A DNA stretch of 64,000 nucleotides, from contig CAVVMW010000006.1 in the NCBI GenBank assembly GCA_963749495.1, forward strand, positions 160,001 to 224,000, read 5' to 3'. Positions 41,690-50,706 of this stretch are shown here, one piece after another; within the stretch, counting starts at the first letter, position 1, and each line of letters starts with the position of its first letter. The position numbers and the translations under genes were made by a program. The stretch comes from an uncultured bacterium. GTDB lineage: Bacteria > Verrucomicrobiota > Verrucomicrobiia > Limisphaerales > UBA8199. The notes under the pieces are model-generated. The model was not told the origin of the DNA and did not search any database. It was given only the letters and a program-made list of their open reading frames with translations.

Positions 41690-41870
41690 GGACTTCCAGT
41701 CCATGGTTTGGGGCGTGGGAATGGCCGCGCGTCGCGTAGCGACGCCTGAGGGCCTGGTGCTGGCCAAATCGAATCCTGTTGTCGAGCGTCGCTACGCGAC
41801 GCAGGTGAACCTGGGCCATGGGTCCGTGGACTGGAAGTCCACGGCTACCTTCAAGCACCGCTACGCGGTG
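41690..41870. repeat. Family D, inverted copy
   Basis: Reverse-complement relative of 9540-9731. Confidence 0.85.
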
Positions 41871-42156
41871 ACGCGGGCTGGCGGCACGCCCAGTATTGGT
41901 CGTCGGATTCCTTGGCCTTCATCACTCCAGACAGGAACTTTCCGGATGAGCCGGAAAGGGGGCCTTTTTTCTGTGTATTCCGTGTGTTCCGTGGTTCTCT
42001 GTGCTTTCGGGATTGGCACGGAAGCTGAGGAGACCTGATTCCACTGCCCGGCGTCGCGCGTTCGGGTTTGGGCGCGGATTTGGGGGACTCCGGGGATGGT
42101 CCCTCGGTGAAGGCGGAGAAGGAATCTCCGGCGGAGCCCTCACCCCACCGTTACGT

Positions 42157-44847
42157 TTACTGCGCCAGCACCACCCGGTAAAACCGCTGCGCGGCCTGCC
42201 CGGCGGGGTCCGAAGCGGTTTGGCTTGAGGAGGTGGCAGTGATCGGACTGCCCAGGGCATTCCAGGTGGGTTGGGCCAGATCGGTCTTGTACTGGACCTG
42301 ATAGACAAGGCCCGGGACCGCGTTCCAGGTGAAGAGGACCGTTGACCCGGCCAGCACGGGGAACTGGAGCGCCGGCACAGAGAAGGGCACGAGGCTGATG
42401 TCATCGAGGCCAAAGTACTGCGGGTCGTTCCGGAACTGGAACTGGAGGGTCGTCGAGGTGCCAGCCGCCGTGACCAGGAATTGCACATTGGTCCAGCTCA
42501 CTTGCGGCATGTCGTATGAATCGAAAAGGTTTGTCGCCGCCCCGGTGCCGGCGTTCCAGGTGATGTGGAACTGGTTGGGCGTGTCGCCGGTGAAGGGGTT
42601 GGCCATCCAAAGGGAGAGCAAGTAGGACATGCCGGGGGCGGTGGCGACCGTTTGGGAGAGGGAGCCGAGCGAGCCGCTTTGGCCCAGGAGGGCGCCATAG
42701 GTGCCCGAGTGAACGACGGCCGGCCTGGAGTGACGGCCGGTTTTGGTGCCAACGTAATTATAACCGCTGTCGCCGACCAGCGTCCAATAGGAGAAGTCGC
42801 CGGTCTCAAAATCGCCGTTGGCGATCAGGTTCTGGCCGATTTGGACGGTGAACTGGCGGCTTTGGACGGCCCCGCTGGATTGGTTGGTGAACGTGATGCT
42901 GGCCGAATAAACACCGGCTGCCAGGCTGGCGGCAGCCCCATTCAAGGCCACGGTGACGTTGGTTTGGGGCGAATCCGGCGTGAGCGTGCCAGAGGTGGGC
43001 GCGGCATCCAGCCAGGGCGCGGGGTTGAGAACCGCCCAGCTCAGGGCCGCAGCGCCCGCGTTGGTCAGGGAGAAGGTCTGCGCGCTCACGCTGAAGGGGC
43101 CGCCTGTTGCGCCGCTGGCCGTAAAGCCCGCTGCCGGGCTCACGCGCAGGGCGTCGGGCGGTCCGGCCAGGGCATTGATGAGACTCAGCCCGGCGGGCGT
43201 GCCCCAACCGGTACACAAGTCGTAGCCGGCGACCGCCGGGAATTGGGCGCCGCTGCTCGGGTCATAATTGTTGCCGGTCTTGATATCATGAAACGCCGCC
43301 GAATATTGCGACCCTTTGCCAATCGCGTAGAGTGCCGGGTTCAGGAAGCCGACGGTCGAACCGCCCGCAGCCAGGGCTTGCTGGTTGACCAGGGCGGTGA
43401 ACCCCGCCCAGAGCGGCGCCCCGCAACTGGTGCCTCCGAAAGGGCCCGACTTGCCGTTGCCGTAGGTCACCCAGACGCCGTCGGCAATGAGGGCGACATC
43501 GGGGATGTTCCGGCTGGTCGTCGAGCCGTGATTGGCCGACATGCTGATGCCCTGTTGCCAGCTTGGGATCAAGTAGAGCGTGCTGATCCCCCCGCCGCTG
43601 GCGCCCGAAGATCCTCCGGCGGCCGTGTTCCAATTCCAGACCTTTTCCGACACCCATGACCCGCCCGGCCCGCTGGTGGTCAGGGTCGTCCCCCCCACGA
43701 TCGTGATGTAAGGGTCGTCGTCCGGGGCTGGGATTGGCCCCACATACGCCCCGTTATCGCCCGATGCGTTGAAGAACGACTGGCCCTGCGCCGCGAATTG
43801 CCGGAAGATCTGGTCCGTGGTGGGCGTGGCGGGGAAGTCCCAGGAACAGCTCAATTGCTTGGCTGCGTTCTGCGTCGCCATTCGGCTCAGAAGATCGTCG
43901 CCGTTGCTGTTGAGCGAGGCTTCATAGACGATGACCTTCGAGACCCCGGGCGCCATGGCGATGGCCATCTCGATGTCCAGCGACACTTCGCCATTGCCGC
44001 TGTAAGGGCCGGTGGTGGGGACCCCGTTGAACCCGTCCACCAGCACGTACTCCACTGGCACGCTCGGGATGCCGGATTGCGTCTCGTAGGCGCTGATGTC
44101 ACTGGCATAATAACCGTCGAATTCAAGCAGTCCAATCGCCTGGCCGGTCCCGGTGAGGCCCACGCCGGGGGCGTAAGCGGCGCGGAAATCGTTTCCCCGG
44201 TAGTTGCCGCCGGGGCCCGAGCCGCCCTTGGGAGCCGCATTGGCCTGGTCGAGCGGAACCGGCCGAAGATCCCGCGGGCGCGGCACCCGGTAATTGTCGA
44301 GGCCGCCGATGGCCAGCACCGGGACCTCCAACTGGAGCGACGGCTCGACCGCCGGCGCATAAAACGTCCGCGCCTCCCGCGGGTGCGGATAGAGGCGCAG
44401 CGTGATCTGGAAAGCCCGTTCGATGCCGGACGCCAGCCCATTGACGCTCAGCACAACGCGGTTGGGGTGCAGTTCGCTCACACGGAGGCCGTTGGCCTGC
44501 GCGAACCGGATCAGCGCCTGGTAATCCTGCTCGGTGGGACCGAACCTCTCCGCAAACTGTTCGGCCGTCAGGTAATGGTGGTACTGGGGGCTGGCCGGGT
44601 CATAGAGTTCCTGCAGCAGCGCCGCCAGCGCGTTGCGGTTGCGCAGCGGCAGCCCGATTGCCAGGTTCAACCGCGTCGAGCCATCCAGCCTGCCCACGGA
44701 TTGCACCTCCGATTTCGCCACCGCCGCCGGCACGTGGCCCCGCAGCACCTGCCTGTCCAACGCGCGGCCCGGCTGTGGAAAAACCGCCAAAGACAAAAAA
44801 ACCGCAGACAAAAACACCCCAACCCTCCGCTCACCTCGGTTTCTCAT
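42157..44847 (-). CDS. S53 sedolisin/kumamolisin-like protease with prodomain, BACON-like and carbohydrate-binding-like domains
   Basis: EVSLDIE, ASGDNG, RNIPDVA, GGTSCGAP and GYDLCTGWGTP; C-terminal YQVQYKTDL..W..RFYRV domain. Confidence 0.92.
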   Translation of the reverse strand: MRNRGERRVGVFLSAVFLSLAVFPQPGRALDRQVLRGHVPAAVAKSEVQSVGRLDGSTRLNLAIGLPLRNRNALAALLQELYDPASPQYHHYLTAEQFAERFGPTEQDYQALIRFAQANGLRVSELHPNRVVLSVNGLASGIERAFQITLRLYPHPREARTFYAPAVEPSLQLEVPVLAIGGLDNYRVPRPRDLRPVPLDQANAAPKGGSGPGGNYRGNDFRAAYAPGVGLTGTGQAIGLLEFDGYYASDISAYETQSGIPSVPVEYVLVDGFNGVPTTGPYSGNGEVSLDIEMAIAMAPGVSKVIVYEASLNSNGDDLLSRMATQNAAKQLSCSWDFPATPTTDQIFRQFAAQGQSFFNASGDNGAYVGPIPAPDDDPYITIVGGTTLTTSGPGGSWVSEKVWNWNTAAGGSSGASGGGISTLYLIPSWQQGISMSANHGSTTSRNIPDVALIADGVWVTYGNGKSGPFGGTSCGAPLWAGFTALVNQQALAAGGSTVGFLNPALYAIGKGSQYSAAFHDIKTGNNYDPSSGAQFPAVAGYDLCTGWGTPAGLSLINALAGPPDALRVSPAAGFTASGATGGPFSVSAQTFSLTNAGAAALSWAVLNPAPWLDAAPTSGTLTPDSPQTNVTVALNGAAASLAAGVYSASITFTNQSSGAVQSRQFTVQIGQNLIANGDFETGDFSYWTLVGDSGYNYVGTKTGRHSRPAVVHSGTYGALLGQSGSLGSLSQTVATAPGMSYLLSLWMANPFTGDTPNQFHITWNAGTGAATNLFDSYDMPQVSWTNVQFLVTAAGTSTTLQFQFRNDPQYFGLDDISLVPFSVPALQFPVLAGSTVLFTWNAVPGLVYQVQYKTDLAQPTWNALGSPITATSSSQTASDPAGQAAQRFYRVVLAQ

Positions 44848-44921
44848 AATGTCTTGATTCGGATGCGCGCAACTCGCGTCTCGGATTCTCGTAATGCCGC
44901 CGACGCTCCGGGGGTTGACTT

Positions 44922-44938
44922 AGCAACTCGGGTGCCAA
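44922..44938 (-). promoter_or_regulatory. Sigma54 promoter of the sedolisin gene
   Basis: Minus strand TTGGCAC-CCGAG-TTGCT matches the -24/-12 consensus, 75 bp before the ATG. Confidence 0.8.
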
Positions 44939-45023
44939 GTGTCAACCACTGGCAGAATCCGTTGCGAAACAAGGAATTGCCGACCGCACCGGAGTTTCCG
45001 ACCGGCTTGCTCGTGGCCGCGAA

Positions 45024-45057
45024 TGGGAACCAGTTCCCAGATGGGAACCAGTTCCCA
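45024..45057. promoter_or_regulatory. Tandem palindromic operator, probable enhancer (UAS)
   Basis: TGGGAACCAGTTCCCA twice at 18-bp period, about 85-120 bp upstream of the sigma54 site. Confidence 0.6.
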
Positions 45058-45076
45058 AGCTCCCGCAAGAATGTGC

Positions 45077-45205
45077 GGTGTGATTAAGACCGTCAGTCAG
45101 CCCATGGCGCCTTTTTGCCCCGAAGGGGCTTCCGACAATAGCCCGGCGTTTCAACGCCGGGTCAGCGGCCCCGACGAGCGGGTCCGTCCCGAAGGGACGG
45201 CTGAA
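45077..45205. repeat. Family A half copy
   Basis: Reverse complement of about 27850-27979. Confidence 0.85.
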
Positions 45206-45296
45206 GGCAAAATCCCTTGACACAGCCGGCTCATGGGGTTAAGCGGTTGATCCAGACACGCCAACCGTGGACTCGTGATCTCCAACAGATCAGGTT

Positions 45297-46040
45297 ATGA
45301 AGGAATCCCATGCTGCCCGCGCGGTCCGCTCGTTTACTCTTATCGAACTGCTGGTGGTGATCGCCATCATTGCCATCCTGGCGGCGATGCTGCTGCCGGC
45401 GCTGGCCAGCGCCAAGAACAAGGCAAACAGGGTGCGATGCACCAGCAACCACCACCAAATCGCCCTCGGCTTCCACATGTACGCCAACGACAGCAGCGAC
45501 CTGTTTCCAGTCTATACGGATTGGGGCGACTGGGGCGGCAAGACCGGGGTCATGACGCTCCATGGAGGGCACTACCCGGCCGAGAAGCGGCCCCTCAACA
45601 AGTACGTGCCGGCTGTCGAGGCCTTCCACTGCCCGGCCGACAAGGGCGATTCCCTCTGGAAAGACCTTTTCCCGCCCAATATTCACAGTTGCTACGATGG
45701 CTGGGGCAACAGCTACCTGGCGGTCTGGGCCTTGGAAACGATGCGGATCAAGCATGTGACCGGGGACTCGCTTGCCGCCGCCTCAGACCCCGCGAGCAAG
45801 CCGATGAAGATGAGCGAGGTGGCCGTGCATCCCTCCAACAAGCTCATCGAAGGAGACTGGCTGTGGTGGGCGGACCGTGACAAGAACGACCCCTGGAGCC
45901 AGTGGCACAATTACCACGGCCAGTACCGGGTGAACGTTCTCTGGGGCGACGGGCACACGGAGTTCTTCATGTTCCCCAAGGAGACCTACCAGTGGGATTA
46001 TACCGGCCCGGCCCCGGATCCGTACTTCAAATGGTGGTAG
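45297..46040 (+). CDS. Prepilin-type N-terminal cleavage/methylation protein with H-X9-DG-like C-terminus
   Basis: [45 protein letters not shown]. Confidence 0.9.
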   Translation: MKESHAARAVRSFTLIELLVVIAIIAILAAMLLPALASAKNKANRVRCTSNHHQIALGFHMYANDSSDLFPVYTDWGDWGGKTGVMTLHGGHYPAEKRPLNKYVPAVEAFHCPADKGDSLWKDLFPPNIHSCYDGWGNSYLAVWALETMRIKHVTGDSLAAASDPASKPMKMSEVAVHPSNKLIEGDWLWWADRDKNDPWSQWHNYHGQYRVNVLWGDGHTEFFMFPKETYQWDYTGPAPDPYFKWW

Positions 46041-46051
46041 ATCAGCCTATT

Positions 46052-47533
46052 TCAAACCCGATTCACCAGTTCTTTTTCGATCTGTTCGAGGGTCTTTCCC
46101 TTGGTTTCCGGGACGCAGAGGTAAATGAAGAAGAAACCGGCAAAGCAGATGCCGGCATAGAGCCAGAAGGTGCCGGCCATGCCGATTTGGCCGGTGAGGA
46201 TAGGGAACATGAAGGTGAGGATGAAGCAGGCGATCCACAGGGCGGAGACGGCGACGGAGACGGCGGCGCCGCGGATGCGGTTGGGGAAGATCTCGGAGAT
46301 GAGCACCCAGGTCACCGGGGCCAGGGACATGCTGTAGCAACCCAGGGCTGAGAGGGTGAAGAGGAGCACAGGCAGGCCCTTCATGGCCAGGGCGTAGGCG
46401 ATGCCGATCAGCAGGTGCGAGAGCCCGATGCCCGCGCAGCCGATGAGCATGAGCAGGCGGCGCCCAAAGCGATCCACCGTGCCGATGGCCAGCATCGTGA
46501 AAGCAAAGTTAATCGCGCCCGTGATGACGATGTTGAACATGACCTGGCTGTTGCGGTAGCCGGCCGACTTGTAGATTTCCTCGGCGTAGTTGAAGATCGA
46601 GTTGATGCCGCTCCACTGCTGGAGCACGGCCAGCGCCATGCCCACCAGGAGGATCTTCTTGAGGCCGGGTTCGAGCAGGTCGCGGAAGCGCACGCGCCGG
46701 ACCTCGTCGGCGGCTATGGTGCCCTGGATCTCGAGCACGGCCTGGTCCGACCAGGCCTGGCCGCCGATGCGGGCCAGGATGCGGCGGGCGCAGTCGGTGC
46801 GGCCATTCTTGACCAGCCATCGCGGGCTCTCGGGGATGAGCAGCGCACCCACGAAAAACAAGACCGACGGGGCGGCCACGGCCGTGAACATCCAGCGCCA
46901 GCCGCTGGCGATGTTCCAGGCCTGGCGCGCCGCCTCGGCGGCCGCGGCGCCGGCCCCGGCATGGGGCAGCTTCACTGCGAGCCACCAGTTCACGACCTGG
47001 GCCGCGAAAATGCCCGTCACAATGGTCAATTGGTTGATGGCCACCAGGCGCCCGCGCAAGGCGGCAGGCGCCACCTCGGCGATGTACATGGGCGAGAGGT
47101 TGGAGGCCATGCCGATGGCCACGCCGCCCAGAATGCGCCAGGCCACGAACCAGTGGAGGCTGGACGCCCAGCCGGTCAGCACCGAGGACACCGCGAAGAG
47201 CACCGCCGCGCTGACCAGCAATCGCTTGCGGCCGAACTTGTCGCTCAACCCGCCCGTCAAAAGCGAACCCAACAGGCAACCGAGCAGGGCGCAGCTATTG
47301 ACCCAGCCGCTGAGGGCCTTGTCGGTCACGGCGCCGGCAACGCCATTGGCCGAGACGGTGTGCGTGATCCCGAAAAAGGGCTGGAAAAACAGCTTGGCGC
47401 CCCCGATGACCACCCAGTCGTAACCGAAGAGCAGGCCGCCCAGAGCCGCGACAAGCGAGATCATCCAAATATAGCCGACGTTCAGGCGGGCCGTGTCCTG
47501 CCCGGGTCCGGGGGTGCTGGTTGCCGTTATCAT
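46052..47533 (-). CDS. Sugar porter family MFS transporter
   Basis: LGGLLFGYDWVVIGG, DKFGRK, PESPRW, QQWSGIN and PETKGKTLE. Confidence 0.95.
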   Translation of the reverse strand: MITATSTPGPGQDTARLNVGYIWMISLVAALGGLLFGYDWVVIGGAKLFFQPFFGITHTVSANGVAGAVTDKALSGWVNSCALLGCLLGSLLTGGLSDKFGRKRLLVSAAVLFAVSSVLTGWASSLHWFVAWRILGGVAIGMASNLSPMYIAEVAPAALRGRLVAINQLTIVTGIFAAQVVNWWLAVKLPHAGAGAAAAEAARQAWNIASGWRWMFTAVAAPSVLFFVGALLIPESPRWLVKNGRTDCARRILARIGGQAWSDQAVLEIQGTIAADEVRRVRFRDLLEPGLKKILLVGMALAVLQQWSGINSIFNYAEEIYKSAGYRNSQVMFNIVITGAINFAFTMLAIGTVDRFGRRLLMLIGCAGIGLSHLLIGIAYALAMKGLPVLLFTLSALGCYSMSLAPVTWVLISEIFPNRIRGAAVSVAVSALWIACFILTFMFPILTGQIGMAGTFWLYAGICFAGFFFIYLCVPETKGKTLEQIEKELVNRV

Positions 47534-47595
47534 CAGTCTGTGACGCGCCCCCAGTGTACCAGGCCCGCCGGGGAAGGGAATCTTTTACGGCCGAC

Positions 47596-47622
47596 TCAAG
47601 TGAGCTTAGGAACGGCCGATAA
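47596..47622 (+). promoter_or_regulatory. Sigma28 promoter upstream of the candidate sRNA
   Basis: TCAA-N15-GCCGATAA. Confidence 0.7.
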
Positions 47623-47628
47623 GAGAGG

Positions 47629-47817
47629 TGCGGCTTGAACGAACCGTGGCACGAATGGGGCTGCGGCCAGCCTTGGAAGGGTTTCTCGTTCAGGCAGGCA
47701 CGGCGCGAACCGAGCCACGGCGAACCGGGCACCATGGATGATGCCGGGTTTTCAGGCCGGAACGCGCTGCGAACGAGCTACCCGGGTGGAGCTGGTCTCC
47801 GCCCGGGTCCGTGTTTT
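47629..47817 (+). ncRNA. Candidate sigma28-dependent structured small RNA
   Basis: Lies between a sigma28 promoter and a 12-bp hairpin (47780-47808) followed by GTGTTTT. Several stems with TTGGAA and ATGGAT loops, and no credible CDS. Confidence 0.5.
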
Positions 47818-47842
47818 AGAGGGCGGTGCAAGACTTTTCCGC

Positions 47843-47870
47843 TAAAGCCGGTCAGGCCGCTTGCCGATAT
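47843..47870 (+). promoter_or_regulatory. Sigma28 promoter of fliD
   Basis: TAAA-N16-GCCGATAT, 23 bp before the ATG. Confidence 0.75.
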
Positions 47871-47893
47871 ACGAACTGCAACAGTAGAACATT

Positions 47894-49654
47894 ATGGCAA
47901 GCGTTTCCTCCACTTCATCGGGCACCACCACCGATCTGGCCATCGCCGGGCTGGCCTCCGGGTTCGACTGGCAGAGCTTGGTCACCCAACTGGTCCAGGC
48001 CGATCGCGCCCCGGAGCAGGTGCTCCAGACCCAGCAGAGCACTTTGCAGCAGCAAAACCAGGCCCTGAGCAGCATCAAGACCGAACTGGGCGTGCTCCAA
48101 AACTCGGTCACCACCCTCAAAGACCCAAGCTTGTTCGACAGCCGGACCGCCACGCCTTCGGATAGCACGCTGGCCTCGGCCACGGCCGCCGCCGGGACCG
48201 CCCTGGGCACCTACAGTTTCAGTGTCACCCAGCTTGCCAGCGCCGCCTTGTTGCAGGGCAGCCCGCAGGCAGGGGGGGGCCTCAGCCCAACCGATGACGT
48301 CTCCACCCTCGCCTTGAACACCGCCCCCTTCGCCACGCCCGTCACCGCAGGCACCTTCACCGTCAACGGCAAACAAATCTCCATCGCCGCCACCGACACG
48401 CTCAAAAGCGTCTTCGACCAGATCAGCAGCCAGACGGGCGGGGCGGTCACGGCCGCCTATTCGGCGCAGAACGACCAGATCACCCTCAGCAGTTCCAGCA
48501 CCATTGTGCTGGGGAGCGCGACCGACACGAGCAACTTCCTGCAAGTGGCCAAACTGAGCAACAACGGCACCGGCACTGTCGCCAGCTCGGCCAAGCTGGG
48601 GGCGGTCAACATGAGCGGTCCACTGGATCAGAGCAACCTGGTGGTCCCGGTGAACGACGGCGGGGCGGGCGCTTTCACCATCAATGGCGTGACCATCAAT
48701 TTCAGCGCCACCGCCGACAGCATGACCAACGTGATTAACCGGATCAACGACTCCGGCGCGGGAGTGGTGGCCGGCTACGACGCGGTGAACAACCGGTTCA
48801 CGCTCACCAACACGAGCACCGGGGACGTTGGCATCAGCCTCCAGGACGTGAGCGGCAATTTTCTTGCGGCCACCGGCCTGCTCGGGGGAAAGCTGGTGCG
48901 CGGGAACAACCTCCTTTACACGGTCAACAGCGGGCCCCAGCTCTCCAGCCAGACCGACACGATCTCGGCAGACACCTCCGGCCTGACCGGCCTGAGCGTG
49001 ACCGCTCTGAACAAAGGCCAATTCACCGTGTCCGTGGCCGCGGATACCGCCACGATCAAGAGCGCCATCACCGGCTTCGTCCAGGAATACAACAAGGTGC
49101 AATCCGTCATCAACACCCAGACAGCCAGCACCACCGATGCCAGCGGCAACGTCACCGCCGGCCCGCTCACGGGCGACTCGGAGACTGAACAACTCAGCGC
49201 CGCATTGCGCAACCTGGTCAACTCGACGGTCTCGGGCCTCTCCGGCACGCTCTCGCGCCTGGATGGCCTGGGCTTCACTTCCAACGGCCAGGACAATTCG
49301 CTCTCCACCACCGATTTGAGCGGGCTGGATTCGGCGCTGGCCAATAACCTCTCCGGCCTCAAGGCCCTGTTCACCAACAGCAGCAGCGGGCTGGCGGTGC
49401 AATTCAACACGCTGCTGACCAGCACGATTGGCGACAACGGCTCGCTGACGGCGCACCAAACCACGCTCACCAACGAATCCAATGACATCAACACGCAGGT
49501 GAGCAACATCGAGAAGCAGGTGCTGGTTTACCAGCAGCAATTGACCGACGAATTCGTGGCCATGGAGACGGCGCAGTCCCAGATCAATCAACAATTGCAG
49601 TACCTCCAGGACACTTTCGGCGGGAGCACGACAAGCACCGGCACCATCGGCTAA
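47894..49654 (+). CDS. fliD: Flagellar filament cap protein
   Basis: GLASGFDWQSLVTQL, GTYSFSVTQLA, FVQEYNKV and C-terminal EFVAMETAQSQINQQLQYL. Confidence 0.92.
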   Translation: MASVSSTSSGTTTDLAIAGLASGFDWQSLVTQLVQADRAPEQVLQTQQSTLQQQNQALSSIKTELGVLQNSVTTLKDPSLFDSRTATPSDSTLASATAAAGTALGTYSFSVTQLASAALLQGSPQAGGGLSPTDDVSTLALNTAPFATPVTAGTFTVNGKQISIAATDTLKSVFDQISSQTGGAVTAAYSAQNDQITLSSSSTIVLGSATDTSNFLQVAKLSNNGTGTVASSAKLGAVNMSGPLDQSNLVVPVNDGGAGAFTINGVTINFSATADSMTNVINRINDSGAGVVAGYDAVNNRFTLTNTSTGDVGISLQDVSGNFLAATGLLGGKLVRGNNLLYTVNSGPQLSSQTDTISADTSGLTGLSVTALNKGQFTVSVAADTATIKSAITGFVQEYNKVQSVINTQTASTTDASGNVTAGPLTGDSETEQLSAALRNLVNSTVSGLSGTLSRLDGLGFTSNGQDNSLSTTDLSGLDSALANNLSGLKALFTNSSSGLAVQFNTLLTSTIGDNGSLTAHQTTLTNESNDINTQVSNIEKQVLVYQQQLTDEFVAMETAQSQINQQLQYLQDTFGGSTTSTGTIG

Positions 49655-49678
49655 AGTTTTTTTCCAGTCTGCCGATAA
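49652..49678 (+). promoter_or_regulatory. Sigma28 promoter of flagellin 1
   Basis: TAAA-N15-GCCGATAA. The -35 element overlaps the fliD TAA stop codon. Confidence 0.9.
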
Positions 49679-49696
49679 CCTCGGCAACAGAATGAA

Positions 49697-49819
49697 GAGG
49701 CGGCCGGCAGCCTTTAAGAGCCGGCAAGGAAAACGGTGGATGCCTTGAGTTCCGCCTCGCGGCAAGGATGCCGCGAAACAACAAAACCCCCCCCGGGGTG
49801 ACTCACGGAAGGAGTCAAT
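49697..49819 (+). promoter_or_regulatory. Structured flagellin leader with ANGGA hairpins (CsrA-type sites)
   Basis: TCGCGGC-AAGGAT-GCCGCGA and TGACTC-ACGGAAG-GAGTCA (covers the SD). Conserved at 52501-52625. Confidence 0.7.
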
Positions 49820-50629
49820 ATGGTAATCAATACAAACATCGCGGCTGAAAACAGCGCATCGCTGCTCGCCGCCTCGTCTGCCAACCTCGCCAAATCCCTG
49901 CAGCGCCTCTCGTCCGGCTCGAAAATCATCTCCCCCGAGGATGATGCCGCCGGCCTGGCGGCCTCGATCAAGTTCGACGCCCAATCCGCCCGCATTGGCG
50001 CGGCCTCCAACAACATCAGCAACGCCATCTCCTACACCCAGACCCAGGATGGTTTCCTCCAGCAAGTCTCCAACGCCCTGAACCGGATGAGCGAACTGGC
50101 CGTCAGCGCTCAGGACGTGACCAAGACCGACAGCGACCGGTCCTTGTACGACCAGGAGTTCCAGCAACTGGGCAGTTACATCAGCAGCGTCGCCTCAAAG
50201 GACTTCAACGGGGTGAGTCTCTTCGACAACACCACCAAGAACGTCACCATCGACAGCAATGCGGCGACCTGGGGGATGAGCGGGATCAACATGGGGGCCG
50301 GCACGGCCTATGCCACGGCCGTGGCCGACAACATCGCCACCTCGGCCACGGCGCCCACGGCGCTGACGGACGTCAAATTGGCCATCACCGCACTGGCCTC
50401 GGACCGCGCGACCATCGGCGCCAGCCTGGCGCGCCTGAACTACACCAACGAGCAGTTGACCGTCCAGAAGACCAACATTGACGCGGCCAGCAGCAACCTC
50501 AAGGACGTGGACGTGGCCCAGGAGAGCACCAACTACGCCAAGCTCAACATCCTGGTCCAGTCCGGCACGGCCATGTTGGCGCAGGCCAACGCCATGCCGC
50601 AGTCCGTCCTCAAACTCTTGGGCGTCTAG
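49820..50629 (+). CDS. fliC: Flagellin 1 (minimal, 269 aa)
   Basis: MVINTNIAA..QRLSSGSKI..DDAAGLA; C-terminal DVDVAQES..ILVQSGTAMLAQANAMPQSVLKLL. Confidence 0.95.
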   Translation: MVINTNIAAENSASLLAASSANLAKSLQRLSSGSKIISPEDDAAGLAASIKFDAQSARIGAASNNISNAISYTQTQDGFLQQVSNALNRMSELAVSAQDVTKTDSDRSLYDQEFQQLGSYISSVASKDFNGVSLFDNTTKNVTIDSNAATWGMSGINMGAGTAYATAVADNIATSATAPTALTDVKLAITALASDRATIGASLARLNYTNEQLTVQKTNIDAASSNLKDVDVAQESTNYAKLNILVQSGTAMLAQANAMPQSVLKLLGV

Positions 50630-50671
50630 GTCGGTTTCGGTTCCAAACCAAAGCTCCTCTGAGCAGGAGCG

Positions 50672-50706
50672 ACCGGACGGCGTTGGGGGCGCCGTCCGGT
50701 TCTTTT
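50672..50706 (+). terminator. Intrinsic terminator after flagellin 1
   Basis: ACCGGACGGCGT-tggg-GGCGCCGTCCGGT followed by TCTTTT. Confidence 0.8.

Noticed and set aside
47635..48165. 176-aa ORF after the upstream sigma28 promoter
   Set aside because: TTG start, overlaps fliD out of frame, crosses a terminator-like hairpin and has no recognisable motif. A 37-codon ORF at 47628 is equally unsupported.
47915..50167. Long antisense ORFs over real genes (also 1719-3236, 29906-31618, 57156-59021, 61679-63229)
   Set aside because: Typical stop-poor shadow frames of high-GC coding sequence, with no protein motifs.
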